The notes beneath the pieces are model-generated. The model was not told the DNA's origin and made no database searches. It saw only the letters and a program-made list of their open reading frames with translations. Shown one piece after another: positions 1-13,600 of a DNA stretch of 64,000 nucleotides (positions are counted from its first letter, which is position 1; the number at the start of each line of letters is the position of its first letter). This DNA comes from Takakia lepidozioides (taxonomy: Eukaryota; Plantae; Bryophyta). Location: assembly GCA_030704615.1 (NCBI GenBank), contig CM060734.1:45570001-45634000 (forward strand), in the 5' to 3' direction. A program made the translations under genes and the position numbers.

Positions 1-856
1 GAGTCTTTGTATATTGTACTTTCATCTTCATTCGAATGTGCAAAAGCCCAGACAGCAACCTCAACGTCTACTTTCAACCTTCTTCAATGTCACCCTGATC
101 TCTTTAGACTGAGGTTGACTTGCACCTATATAGTACGAGTTGGAACTCTGGAACCGTGGGAAGAAGTCTAGCTCGAGAAGGCTTGAAACGTGCCACCGAG
201 TGGTACTAGTCACCTAGTGCATAGAGCTCTCACACTCCATGTGATGGCATGGCGTCCATGATCACATCCGACTCTGATGAATCAGAGTCAGATATTAAAT
301 CAAATGTTGAACAGTCTTGCTCAGCAGCATTGGAGTATGATCAGTGAGACCTTAAATTTCTTGACATCAATTAGTAACTAATTCGATGCCTCCTGAACAA
401 ACAGCGTAGCCCAGGCAAAGTTGAAGATTATCAAGCAGCGAGCTGGGATGTGCCCACATGGAACTAGTTAGTCTAGTGAATGGGAATATGGTGGTGGTCC
501 GAAGCAAACACGATAAAAGCGAGAAGAGGTCCAAGGCCGACAGCATTTCAACTCGGAAGATCTATCCTCAGATCAACTCCCTGGGTTTTGATTGATCAGT
601 TACAGAATTGAAGAATCATCTTGCCTTAAATTGGATTATATCTAGATCGAGCCACGTACAGCCCTAGTGCTGTTTAAATTCAAGACGGTACTTAAAAAAT
701 AAGGATTTGGGCCATTGATACCAGTCGGTCCATAATCCAACAGAATACCCTCTAAGTCATGCAGGAAAAACTCTACACAGTAGGCTTACATGCTGACTAG
801 TTGATACATGTATCGTTCCACTTGTGAGTTCATATATAGAAATGCAGGTAACATGT

Positions 857-1519
857 CTAAAATTTGGATTTTATGTAGTCGATGGCCTTCTCATTCACCA
901 TGAACGCTTTCTCCAGCACAGTGTCGCTGATACCGGAACCAAACAAAGCAGCGGGTATGGCTTGCACGCCTGGATTATGGCTGTTGAGTGCTGCGATAGC
1001 CAAAGCTGGCCCCTTACCCACATTCAGCTCAAAGTGCACAAGGCCTCTTGGGAACACAAACACATCACCCTTGTGCAGCGTAGTAGCAAAGAGCTTGGCA
1101 TTAGTGCTCACAAAACCCACGTAGAGAGAGCCTTCCACCACAAACAGAATCTCTGTGGCCCGCGGATGTGTGTGGGGTGTCACAAGGCCCCCATGTGCGA
1201 AGTCGAGGCGCGCCATGGCGATGCCCAGTGTGTTGAGGCCTGGAAAACCAGATGCGAATGCTGGCGTGACCGCACTCCCTGAGGAAACAGACGTGTTTCC
1301 GGATTTCGCTAAGCCGTGAAAGACGAAATCGTGTGAGGTGACTGTTGTTGGGTTTTTGCACACCAGACCGTTCACGGTGAGCGTGCTGGCCAGGTCTGCC
1401 ACACAAAAGTCTTGCAGAGGATCGGAGTCGGAGGCCATCACCATTACAGGTGCGAGCGTTATCTGCACCACAACTAGTAGCACCAAGGTGGCAGGTAAAA
1501 ACCTAAAGTTTCTTCCCAT
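857..1519 (-). CDS. Germin-like protein (cupin superfamily), intronless, secreted
   Basis: 220-aa ORF with hydrophobic signal peptide, germin box A (DSDPLQDFCVAD), PHTHPRATE and VFPRGLVHF metal-binding motifs, and the KGD tripeptide. Confidence 0.96.
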   Translation of the reverse strand: MGRNFRFLPATLVLLVVVQITLAPVMVMASDSDPLQDFCVADLASTLTVNGLVCKNPTTVTSHDFVFHGLAKSGNTSVSSGSAVTPAFASGFPGLNTLGIAMARLDFAHGGLVTPHTHPRATEILFVVEGSLYVGFVSTNAKLFATTLHKGDVFVFPRGLVHFELNVGKGPALAIAALNSHNPGVQAIPAALFGSGISDTVLEKAFMVNEKAIDYIKSKF

Positions 1520-2262
1520 GGTTCTAGATTACAACTCCAGACTACTGTAGGTGGCTGGTGCAGGTGTGCAGCTCCAATCTCAGTATGCTGCAGAGACAGT
1601 TTGCGGAGACTCTCTTATGTCAGGGTTCGCTTTTCCAGGATGTCAACATAATTTAGAAGACGTCGAAACTAGTTGTTGTAGAAGAGATTGGGAGAGAACA
1701 GTTGAGTGTGATCTGCTTGGTTGAGAGAGATGTACCTGTGCACACAGTGAGAAGGGAGAAGATGGCGAGTGGTATATATACATCTATCTAAGAAGCTGTC
1801 AACGCGGGAAGAAGACTGTATCTACAGCGTGATCATGGGGACCCACCACCGCAACTATCAATTTAGCAGATGTCGCTTAAAAATCTCTTAGAAATGTCTT
1901 TCATATGCACTGTCGTATTCGTGGCCGGCCGAGAAATTGAATGGACATGCAAATGAGTTGGTAATTTTGCTTAGAATAGTAACGCGCAGATCTACAACAG
2001 CCCATAACCCACAATCACCACGGCGAGTCACAGACCTAAACAGAGATACTCTAAAATTTTGGCGTATGCGAAGACGGCAGGCAACTGCACACATTGATCA
2101 CTGCAGCGATTTGACAAGACCAGGTCTGCACGTCTGCACATCAGTCAATTTGCAAGCCAGTACGAATTAGCCCAATACAACCCGCACTACAGGTGCCATG
2201 CCTCCAAGCTCACCGGAGAGCCTTTCCCATCTCACTACTTGGCTCTCTTTCTGGAGTCTGGT

Positions 2263-2350
2263 TCTTCGGGAAGCGCTGTCACACCAGCACTTGTCAGCGT
2301 GTTTCCAGGCTTCAACACATTGGGAATCCCAATGGCTGGCCTTGCCTTCG
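2263..2350 (+). pseudogene. Inverted germin-like gene fragment
   Basis: Translates SSGSAVTPALVSVFPGFNTLGIPMAGLAF, versus SSGSAVTPAFASGFPGLNTLGIAMARLDF in the GLP (about 1200-1285, opposite strand); a stop follows. Confidence 0.85.
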
Positions 2351-4629
2351 AGAAACTCTAGAATAGAATGCCGGCATCTACAGCAACCACCCGTAGGCAG
2401 TAGCCACTCATAAAAAATAGTTACTGCTCTGTTGGGATCCCAATTGCACAATCCAGGGGAAGAATAGAAAGAAGTGTGCACACCACTATCCCACCACTAT
2501 TCACCGACATTTACCCGCCAATGTATGCAGATTACTACAAATTGAACAACGCACAACGCTAGGCAAGGGACTCACACAAGCTATCAACACTTGCTTGGAC
2601 GAGCTAATTCTGAGGGCCCTGACGCGATTCTGGCGAGAGGATCAAGAGGCTGAGTTACGGGGTGACGGGGAATTCGTAGTGCTGTAGTAAGCAGAGGACA
2701 GTAGTGACTGGTGACCAGGATAGGAGTCCGTTGTGGATCTGGCTAGGCAGGATATGATTAGGTTGATAATTCGTTAATCGTAATGATTCCCGCATTCTGT
2801 TGGCTGAGCGCAACTTCCCAGTTTGTGTCCTCTAGCTCCCAATTTTGTTGTGTTTTTTAATTCCAACAATTTTAACTTTATGGACTCTAGCATATCCTCC
2901 TTCTTTGTGGGCATCAAACTGTAGTACATGCGCACTTGTGTTGACGTAAATAAATTCCGTACTGCCTCCCACGCTCCAATTGGCCAAGCATTAGATGGGC
3001 GTGGAGCTGAATGCTAGGGCCGGTTCCGCTAGCGTGGACCGCCCACCCCCCTCCAACACCCGCTAGGGCGGCACGCCCTCCCGCGCCTCATGGCATTCCC
3101 ATCCCATCATGCCCTCATGCATGGCATCGCCCTCCATCTTGCATGCCTTCATCCTCCCCATGCTTACATGGCATCCCAAGCATACATCATGCCCTCTTTC
3201 AAAAATCGTGTTTGGGGAGTACGCCCAAACAAGACTGGCGCTGCTCTTGCTCGTTTTCAGAGAGCACTCCAAAATCTCCACACTGTAGACATAAGCTGGT
3301 TTAACATCTGTGTACATTTGGACATGTTCGTATGTCCTCGTTGTGGAGAGTCCAATGGAGCCCAAAAGGACCAGCATGAATGTTGTTGAAAGCTCACTAG
3401 CACCCTTCCTTAAAGTAACTTGGCAAAATGTTGATGCTGCCGGATTTTCGGGCACAAAAGTCTACCTTGGAGCACGGAGTGGAGACTGGCATGAGTTCTT
3501 TAAATATCCTTCACGATGGTGGGACAACCGTAATCGCAAGGTGTGGCTTTCTCTTAATGTATGAGGTGAAGAAGTTTGGCTCTTCTTGTTAGTATTCACG
3601 ATTTGGTATTTTTCTTTGGTGTTTACAAGGTGCTTAGGAGGGTCAGCTTGGTCTTAGGAGGTCGTGTGTGCGCGAGTTGGGCTGCCACGCCACAGAACCC
3701 AACAGGCACTGAATCAATGACACTATTTTTTGTGATACGGGGAGTTTTCGGGCTCAAGGGTGGTGATGCTCTTAGCCGGGGCCTTAGGTAGAGAAAATAA
3801 CCTCTTTCACCGTAACCACGCCATGAAGGCGTAGGAATGGGACACCGCCCGGGAAGGGGGGGGGGTACTTTGGTACAATGAACCTTGGCAACATTTGCAT
3901 ACCTCTAATTACTACATTTTTAAATATTTTTTAACTTACTTCTATAAAAGTAATTGTATGTTGGTTGATCCACTAAAACTACCATTGTAAGGATACTATT
4001 AGTTTAACTAACTAGTAGGATCTATTGTGGTTACATAAATACATGGAATATTAACCGACCTTACCCAAAAAAAAACACCTAAATAAATTTATGTGTAAAA
4101 ACCACAAACTACACACTATTCACTCATTCCTACCTATATACTCTATTAATTAATAGAGCCGCCATGGTCCTACTTGTTTTGGGAATAATTACTAAGTATA
4201 TGTAAGTACCTAGTAACACACATGTCGTCCCTACAAAAACCTACTCCACTATTTCACAGTTGTGCACTAAACCCCCCCACCTCTAGCAGAGCCCCATTGG
4301 TTCTTCCAATGTCGTGGCTATTTTTGACTTTCCATAAACTATGTTGTAGCCAGTGTCTTTGCCTCTTTGCAGGTGTCCCTAGTCCCTACACCGTGGCCCA
4401 CCTATCCACCGTGGAACCCCCTTGTTCCCTCTGTCCTTCCTCTACCTTCCATGCCCTCACTTAGTCATGCCATCTTTCTATATCTTTCTATATGTACTGG
4501 CTAAAGTTTCTTAAAATAAACATTGGGCTACATATTTGGGCCGAGTATGATCCCAAGTTTGCCCAAAGTAGGGACAAGTTACAAAAAATGGAGCTTATGG
4601 GAGCTTGTGGCATTTACCCCACTTGGAGC

Positions 4630-7600
4630 GCACTGTAGAGGTCGGGGTACTTTAAGCTAAACACAACAGTTCTGAAGAAAGAAGAGCACATCATGTTGTT
4701 GAAAGAAATGTGGCAGAATTCGGGGAACAACTTCACTTCTCCAACAGTGGTCTTCCTTCACAAGCTGCAGGCCACAAGAAAGTTGGCTCAGTCATTATCA
4801 AGATCCCTGGCGCAGGAAAGATCTCAGCGGCTCAAAGCCTTGACAAAGTGTCTCACACATTGTCAAAAGGGACCGGAAATAGGTGTCACAAACCCTGCCA
4901 TTATGGAAAGATACCTAGCTGCCAAGCGAAATCTGGGGGTCTTGTTGGCTGATTCGGATAAATTCCTGAGATCTAGGGCGGGGGTCAACTGGTCCTTGAA
5001 AGGTGAGAAAATCAATTCTTACTTCTTCCAAAAAGTAAAGCAAAGGAGGGAAGCCACTTTCATCACCTGCATCGCTGGCCCTAGTGGTCTCAGTATTGAC
5101 AATCCCAAAGAAATGGCTTCAGCAGCGGCTACGCATTTCACGGCTCTCTTCTCAGAACATGCTGACTCGGCTCTTGCGCAGTCTTCCAGAGAAGAGGTGC
5201 TCAGTTCCTTCACCTCCTTGCTGTCGGCAGCAGAACAAGCCTTGCTCTCCAAGCCCTTTTCTACTGAAGCGTTGCAGCAGGCCATGTAATCATTGAGCTC
5301 AATGAAGACACCAGGTCTGGATGGGCTACCAGTGGAATTCTTCAAGAGTATGTGGGAGTGCATCGCTGATGATTTCCTAAATATGGCCAACGATGTCCTT
5401 CAGAAAGGCATCATGCCCTCCCAAATGTCACAAGGAGTGATCACTCTCATTTATAAGAAGGGGGACAGGGACAACCTCTCCAACTACAGGCCTATCACTC
5501 TTTTAAACTCCACCTACAAAATCTTGGCAAAGGCGCTTGCCCTGCATTGTAACCGCTCCTCTCCAAGCTCATAAGGCCGGAGCAAACTGGCTTCCTAAAG
5601 TACATGATGATTTTGGACAACATCCTCCTCACTAATGAGGCCTTGCATGTCGCTCATTCGAATCAACAACCCCTGGCTTTGCTTATGCTGGATTTCCAGA
5701 AAGCTTTCGACAATATCAACTAGACATATCTGATGGGGGCCCTAAAAGCCATTGGTATCAATGGGATTGTCTTGGATAAATATCCTCCTTTCTTTGGCCT
5801 CCAATAGAGTTATCATCAATGGTACCCTCTACAAAAAATTTCAGCTCTTTAAATTTGTTAGGCAGGGTTGCCCATTAGCCCCTTTCTTTTCCTCATTGCC
5901 GCAGACGGGCTTGGACACTTAATGGATAAGAGAAATGATTCCCTTGATATCATTATCCCTCGCTCCCCATCTCTGGACCCCTCTACCTCCATTAGATCTT
6001 CTCTCTATGCTGACGACACTACCTTGTACATAGATGATAGATCCTCTGCCAATGTCTCCTCCACTCTTAGCTCCCTTAATAGCTTTTGTGAAGCTTCCGG
6101 CCTGAAGATAAACTGGGGCAAATCTATCAGCCTTCTCAGCCAGCTGCAGCAAATGCCATTCTGCAACATTGTGATCCATGGGGAGATGACTTGGGGTTAA
6201 AGTGGCTTGCTCAGGGCCAGACCCACGAATCTCTGGGACATCAGATTGGGATTGACATCTCAGATGACAGCAGGGTAGAAGCTGTTCTAATTAAGCTGAA
6301 AAGAAGATTTGCATACTGGAGTTCACTTCACCTTACGGTGGTTGGGAGAGCCTTGGTGGCCAATCAAATACTGCTAGCTTCCTCTTGGTTCACCTCCTCT
6401 ATATGGTCACCGGGGGCATCCTTCATCAAAAAGCTCAAATCTCTGACTCGGAATTTTATATGGGTGCCACGGATGCTGCATCTAATAAAAAAACACTTGT
6501 TAGTTGGGCTCAGATCTGCCAGGGACAAAAGCATGGTGGTCTTGGAATGCTTGATCCAGAGTCGCAGATAACAGCATTGCTGGCTAAATGGGTGCTGAGG
6601 GTTTTCACCAACTTATCCAGTCCCTGGAGTAAATTGGTGAGGCACCATTTGATGGCAGCGGTGCCTAAAACAAGCCCGTGTTGGCCTCCACCCCTAAGAT
6701 GGACTGTGCAAGGAGGAAAAACGAACGCCAGACCTGCTGTTGGATCCAAAGCTTGGCAATCGATATGGATTTCCTGGTGTAGGCTCCATGACTCTCTCTA
6801 TCAGCTGCAACCCACCTCCTACAATGAAGTAATCAGACAACCTCTTTTCGGAAACTTCAACAGGGACTCTGAGACCTTGGTGTACTGTTCTAAAAGATGG
6901 TCTCATTGGGAAGCAGCAGGGTTCTCCCAGAGAAGAGTGGCTTCTGGTTGGGGCACAATTTTGGAAGACCTCCCCCCCATCTGGACTCAGTTGTTGGCAA
7001 ATCGTCACTTGAGATCTGTTCCTAGATGGCTGGGATTCTCCCAGGCTTCGGAGAAATTCGCGATGTATGCCACATCCATTGATCATAACCACATTTTTGA
7101 TACAAGATTCAGTGTGGCAAGTGATGGTCTTCTCCTTAATCCCTAGCCTTTCAAGCTTCCTGCCAGGTCGGACTGCTATGACATTAGAGTATTATGCTCA
7201 ATATTTGGTAAAGCTGATCCCAACCCCCCCCCCGCTTGAGCTCCAACTTTACAGTGGCTTCTTCATATGGTTCCTATCAGCTCCCGTCGGTCAATTGCAG
7301 TTTGACCCAGGAGAGCAAAAACATTGGATGAGCAAAAACAAGGATCACTTCTTCTCTTATACGGTTAAGATAGGGTATTCTCTACTGACGCCCAATCAAA
7401 CCTTTGACCGGAAATGGTCAAACAAATGGGCTCACCTTGGCGGACAACCGATTCAATGGAAACTGGTATGGGCAGACATATGGAGAAAGCATAGATCTTC
7501 CAAAGTGTCTGCCTTTCTTTGGAAAATCGTCAATCATATAATCCCAGTTGGACACTACATCTTTGACCCTCCTTTGTCATGTGCCACATGCAATAGAAAT

Positions 7601-8629
7601 GCCCCTGAGGATCTGGAACATTGCTTAGTGTCCTGCCCATTTGCTGGTTTAGTTTGGGCTCATGCTATTTCTCTTTATTCTTCTTGGGATAGGGATCTTA
7701 TATACCCCATTTCTACTCTTCTTTTCAATATCGAGGATGGCAGATCTTTCTGCTCTTGCCCTGTTTGGGTTGCTCTTGGAAGCATCACTCTCTGGCATAT
7801 CTGGAAAATGAGATGCTCTACCCTCTTCCAAAATTCAATTCCCTGTTTACAAAAACTTTTGTTCTTAGTTCACTTAGATATGTTGTCTGAGCTCGCAAGG
7901 CATGGGATGTTTTGGTGGCAGCTCTTTCCAGGTGTAATAACAGAAGGAGAAACCAGCTCGTTGCAACATTTGACAGCTCGTGGGGGAGGGGAGGGTTCTT
8001 CTGCAGACGGATTTCAAAGTCAAGAGTTCAGTGGTTCGAAGACCTCCCACCCTGTTGGCAGCTCCATAGGAGCCAAACGGTCCCCCCTCGAATCTGAAGA
8101 AGGAGAAGTGAATTGGAGGCACAAAAGAAGTCTTAGAACGGCAAAATCTAAGGCGCAGTTATCATTCGAGAATCCCAAAAGGAAGCGGGGTTCCTCTTGA
8201 TTACGAGAAGGATTCTAGTTCCCTACCTTCCTTTTTGGAAGATTTGATCATGTCTTTGGTCATTCAGGCCGGGGCCAGGGTACCCCTTTCTTGATCTATG
8301 CTTCTTGTTCTCCTCCCTGCTGCTAGGGATATTGGTTACATTTTATTTCTTGCCATAGTTGTCTGATGCTAGTGCTACAATATGGTGTAGTTAGTTTATG
8401 GCTCCAGCTTAGGCCCTGCGGATGGAGTGGAGCTCCCCACAGAAGAAGCTGGTGCTTGGCTCTTCTGCCATGCCTTAGCTTTGTCCACTTTATCTCCTCT
8501 CTTTAGATCTGCAGGCTCAGAGTGGTATCTCAGTCATCAGCCTTATGGCTCTATGTAAGGTTATTTTTTCCTTACCTCCTTTTTAATAAATTTACAGGGC
8601 TACTATCCCCCTGTTCTCAAAAAAAAAAA
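4630..8629 (+). mobile_element. 5'-truncated, frameshifted L1-clade LINE (ORF2: RT, zf-RVT), 3' UTR and poly(A)
   Basis: GYFKLNT, KTPGLDGLPVEFF, NYRPITLLNSTYKILAK, DFQKAFD, RQGCP.SP and YADD (about 6006); CATC..EDLEHCLVSC knuckle; AATAAA at about 8585 and A-run at about 8618-8629. The 5' edge is approximate and no TSD was found. Confidence 0.93.
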
Positions 8630-9360
8630 CACCTAAATATCCGTAAAATACACAAACTGGTCCCATGGTCTTCTCGATTACATCCAATTTTGACGTCATG
8701 GGCACCTTGGAGTTGCTCCACTTGTCGTTAATTAAATTAAATGACAAGGGACTTGCTAGAGGAGTTCAGGGCGTCCTAATTAAACATGTCAACAGAATTT
8801 GCAACTGCAACAGCACATTGAAAAATCAGTGTGCCTCCCTCTCCATATCGTCAAAGAACTCGTCGTTGCACATCGGCTGGTAGCTCAGCTGGTAAGTGCA
8901 CAATGTGTCGCCCTGGTGGTTCAGGGTTCCATTACAGATAGAACAAGATTAATCAATAAATGAACAGCGGCTGTACTCCAAAGATTCTCTAATCTTTGAC
9001 ATGGCCTCTAACTATTTCCCCCAAAAAAAGACAATGGCAAATCAATATTACCCAGGACATAGCTAGGAGCCCTTCATCCACTTCATTTTCATGAATGGAC
9101 AAAATTACTAGACTGCATCGGTGAACGTGCCATAGCGAAGTCTGTAGCTACAAGTGATCGTCGTGGATGGAAGACAAAGCTCAAGCCTTATCCCAAAAGA
9201 AAAGAGAGAAGGAAGAAAGAGAGATGGGGCATTTCTGGTTAGGATAGATTGGGAGAAGTAGCTGCTGTATGTGAATTGTAGCAGTATAATCAGGGTAGAG
9301 AGACCTTGAGGGAGAGGGCTCATCGTGAAGTAGGAAGCTATGCGGAGAGTGGAGAGAGAC

Positions 9361-9570
9361 GAATCGCCAAGATAGCCTTTGTCTGCAAAAAGCACCTGGG
9401 TCGTAGAGTGCATGGAATGGTGGCCGATGGAAGGTTGGGTCCCAAGGGTCATACAGAGTACATCTGCCTGAAAAGAAGCAAATCAAATGTAGACTTCACG
9501 TAATCATGGAACATGCTGGAAGTTACAAAACAAAAACAGACCTTCACTGCCTTTGTGCCGATCAGTTTAC
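9361..9570 (-). pseudogene. Orphan fragment of a UGT paralogue (exon 2 end, intron, exon 3 start)
   Basis: 9361-9460 closely matches 13401-13500 (aatcgccaagatagcct..gcaaaaagcacctgggtcgta) and 9497-9570 matches 13575-13640, including intron sequence. Confidence 0.85.
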
Positions 9571-9729
9571 CAATGATAACATCATGTGCGATCATGGGTC
9601 TCTGTTTGGTGATAGGCCCTCACTGCGCTAACATGTTTCGATTGTTGTTGGTTGACCGGTACATACTATCGGCATGGGATCTGCTCAATACGGGTACCGG
9701 CACTTACATGGAGCAGCTTACACGCAGTA

Positions 9730-9925
9730 GGCAGGTAAGTAGTAAAGAGAGATGGTTGGGTGATGATGACGTGATGATAAACTTGGTTTCTATCTGCATG
9801 TGCTAGGTATGAGAGGGGTATGAGATCACCAGATTATCATTTTACCGTCATCACACAACAGCTTTTCGAGAAGTTGAATTTGGAAGCACTGTAGCTGCAG
9901 ATGAGGTCGCAAAGATTGATTCGGG
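9730..9925. repeat. Dispersed repeat; inverted copy at about 40210-40385
   Basis: cagcttttcgagaagttgaatttggaagca..gctgcagat and tttctatctgcatgtg.tag.tatgaga are reverse-complement matches to about 40210-40385. Confidence 0.75.
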
Positions 9926-10652
9926 GAGCAAAAGAGCGGTAGTTGGTGATATTATTGCCAAGTACATATCTTCAAGATAGGTTCGATTACGCAGCAGCTT
10001 CTTTCAATTCAGAAGATGTGCTTGCAGCTGCATTGGAATATTGGTCTGCTCCTCTCCCCTTTCCCACACACAAATGATGGCGTGAGCAGTTTGGCAGCTG
10101 GAGTGAAGCTTTTTTATATTGGTTTGAGGTATTGATGATAACACTTAGCTTGAGCACCTTTGACTAGACTCTTCTTTTGAAGATTTTGCAATAAAAGCGT
10201 GGTGAGAGGGAGAAGGCGCTGTAAGATTCATTTCCGGACCCTTCCTCGGAGCAAAAAGAGCCTTAGCAAGAACCTCATGGTAATAGAACATGTAGGTCTA
10301 CAGACAACGGGGATATCAAGACTTGTTGGGGAAATATCAGGTGAGCAAGTGGTCACTCATTCATGGAAGGGGCCAGAGAACAAGGTACTGTCTGTCCTGG
10401 GGAGACGAGAACAAGAAGACTGAAAATATTGCTCTCTGCATCCAACAGAAATTCTACAGACAAGAGTTTGGGCTCTGAGTTTTTCGCTGAGACACCTGCA
10501 CACATGGGCTATTTCCCTTTTCTGCTGTAAGCAAGGACACATGCAGCACAACCATGTACAAGTAGACCAGTCTCGAGTTCAAAGAATGTCTTTCACCTGC
10601 AAGGCACATTCTGACCATACCACAAGTTCAAGCAGCATATGACCAGGACTTT

Positions 10653-13600
10653 TCAAAGTAGCCTCTGTAACTTCAGACCTTCAGTGGGGATCAATGTCCT
10701 GAGATGCTGGACATATGCTTCCAGATTCCTCTCTGAGGAGCCCCCCTTTGCAACAGCCTTTTGCAGACAGATCTTCAGTTCCATCGCCTTCTGTCGCACA
10801 GTCTTACCCTCATTCTCGTGCATCAAAAGCCTCACTTTCCTCTCAACTTCCATCTTATCCACCAGTCCATCTGCTCTTTTTCGCATTTCTATAGCCACCT
10901 TCTGATCCAGTACCACTCTGCAACACAGGCGTGGTAGGTCGACAATCAATTAGAGAATCTTGGCAAAGCTTCGACCTCCGACCACTCACAATAGCAATGC
11001 ACAATACAATGACTAACAATGCACACTCACCAATACCTACCCTTTCCACATAGATTGGGAAGAGTTGATGAATAAACTGTACGCTGGTGTTAGAAATTAG
11101 CGACTCTCTCAGCAGAGGCCCCACTCCTGAGGTGGCCTCCCCTAAAGTATTTACTTCAATTTAGCGTTAGTCAGTTCGCCAAGTAAGAAAAAATTGCCTT
11201 CCTCCCATGCACCAGTGTCCCAAGAAATGGGTGGTTGTTTCACGGCACATTACATCCAGGTTTCTAGGCTTTCCCCCACCCACCATTGTTTATTACTAGT
11301 TAATGCACTCCTTCAAAAATAGGCTGTCTTCTATAAGGGCTTTGTATTCCGGCTGTAGTGTTCATGCTTAGTAAGGCATTCAGGATGTTTAACAGCTGGG
11401 ACAGGGATGACTTCCAACAAGGCAGAACAGCTTTCCACCCACTTTCTCTCCCCTTTCTTCCTGCTTGTACTAGTTAGGTGGACAACATCAATGTGGCAGC
11501 TAAGTCTACCTTGCAAAGACTGTTGTCAAAAGCTCAATAAACTTACAAGTAGAAACTGCAAAGGGTTATCATAGAATCCTGACCTGGCATTTATCATTTG
11601 CTCTGCCTGAACTGGCCAAGTGAGGAGGGGGATACCAGCCCTAAGTCCCTCCAAGATAGAGTTCCATCCACAATGAGTCAAGAAAGCACCAGTGGCTGCA
11701 TGGGACAGTATACGCAACTGAGAAGCCCATCCAGAGAAACACAACCCACGTTCTTTTGTGCGTTCCTCAAAACCTGTTCAGAGGAAACAATGCAGTGACA
11801 CATGTAAGCACGAGAGCTTCACTCTAGCCAGTAGTAGTCCTGGAATACAAAAGGAGATTCAAACTTACATCACTGTTAACTACTTGCAGTCAACACTCAT
11901 CACGTTTACCTTATCCTTCATCTTCCTTTGCGAAGAGTTTCTAATCTTGGACCTTGCCTCCCCTCTCTCTCTTCTGCAGAGGGGTCAACTCTGAGGTTAA
12001 GAAAACCATGCTTTGTCGCGTTATTAGACCTGCCTTGGAGTACGGATCTGCTATATGGGTTGATAACTCCAACCAGGCTAAGTCTCTAGAATCCATTCAA
12101 GTGGGGGTGCTTAAGGAGTGTATGTCAGCGTGCTCCAAAACAGCCAATGTGGCTGTTCGGGGTGTGTTTGGCATTCCGTCCTTAAGCTCCCGACGAGATG
12201 AATTCAAGGTCAGATGGTGGGGTCAGCTGCAACATATGCCCAACACCAGATATCCTAAGTTAATCGACTCTATATCTTGGAAACAGGACCGCCCTGTCAA
12301 ACAGGCTAAGTCCTGGCAGAAGAGAGTAGAAGAGATTCTCAGGAAGCCTACCTTTGAACAGCAAACAGAAGCAGAGAGGAAAGGGAGAGTGCAATTGCCC
12401 GCTGTGTGGGCAATCTGAAGACAGTATTCACTTTCTGATACACTGTCCGGGGTTCTCTCACCGAAGAGACGCTCTCTTCAATTCTATCAAGGGAATTGTG
12501 CCTGTACCCCTGTTTAACAACTTTGAAAGTCTCGAGGCTGAGCCAAAAGCCCAGGCCCTCCTGAGGCCTAGTTTTTGGGCAAATCACACACAGCAGATTG
12601 ATGCTTGTGTGAAGGGATTTCTAGAGGATATCTGGAAAACCCGGATTAATTCTATATATGATGGTAAGTCACACTACCAACGTCAGCCCCTGACAGAGGT
12701 AGGTTCTGTCCCTTTTGTTCCCGCTCAAACTGGGCGCGGGGTCAATGGCCACAAGGCTACGGCAAACAACGTCTTATGTGTACAATCTCTCTTCAGCAGT
12801 CTTCTAGAGCGTTTTAGTACGAGGAAATCCATCGATCACTTGCCCGGGACACATTTGTTCAGGACTGTAATCCAGTAGCAGCACTAGTCCCACATCTAGT
12901 TTATGATTCCAGATGCCACATGACAAGGTATGAAATCTGTTTTCCTCATACAAAACTAGGTGATACAGTTTTACAGCGGACATAGCATGTCCCTGTACAT
13001 GGGTTGCTGGACTTGATAGTTTAGCCATAAGTTGAATAGCACAAGCAGAATCAAACTGAAGCTTCACGTTGCGAAGCCTTCTTATCTAGAATTTCGCCAA
13101 CGTTTTCTTGCAGAGGATACCTGAAGGGAGGAATTCGGTAATGGACGGTGGTATCAATGAAGGAGATGAAGTCGCAGCGTTTGGCGTCCTTAGTATCCAT
13201 AAGAAAGGTTGCTTGCTAGCTTCCAGTCCCTGTGCCAGCTCCAGGATTTGTGGTGCTGAAAGAGTGGCCATGCTTCCAAAACAAATGAAAAGAACTGAAG
13301 AAGGGGCTTGCGTGTTCAGCCATTGTACGCATGGATCTCGCCCTTCGGCTGCTTTTCGTGTCTCAGGATTCAAAATTTCAGACTCTGGTTGCAATGGACC
13401 AATCGCCAAGATAGCCTGTGTCTGCAAAAAGCACCTGGGTCGTAAGTGCATGGAGTGGTGGCTGATGGAAGGTTGGATCCCAAAGGTCAGAGTACAGAGT
13501 AGCTCTGGCTGAAATCTTGAGTGCTGAAAGGATGTGGCGTAGCACATAGAATGATTCATCGCTGCACATGCATGACGTAATCATGGAACATGCAGGAAGT

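Noticed and set aside
824-1282. 152-aa + strand ORF
   Set aside because: Antisense shadow of the germin-like gene.
3000-4630. Possible TE remnant or MITE around the LINE 5' end (aaaacacctaaata at about 4070 and 8625)
   Set aside because: The similarity is short and about 550 bp from the apparent LINE start, so it is not acceptable as a TSD; no domain was recognised.
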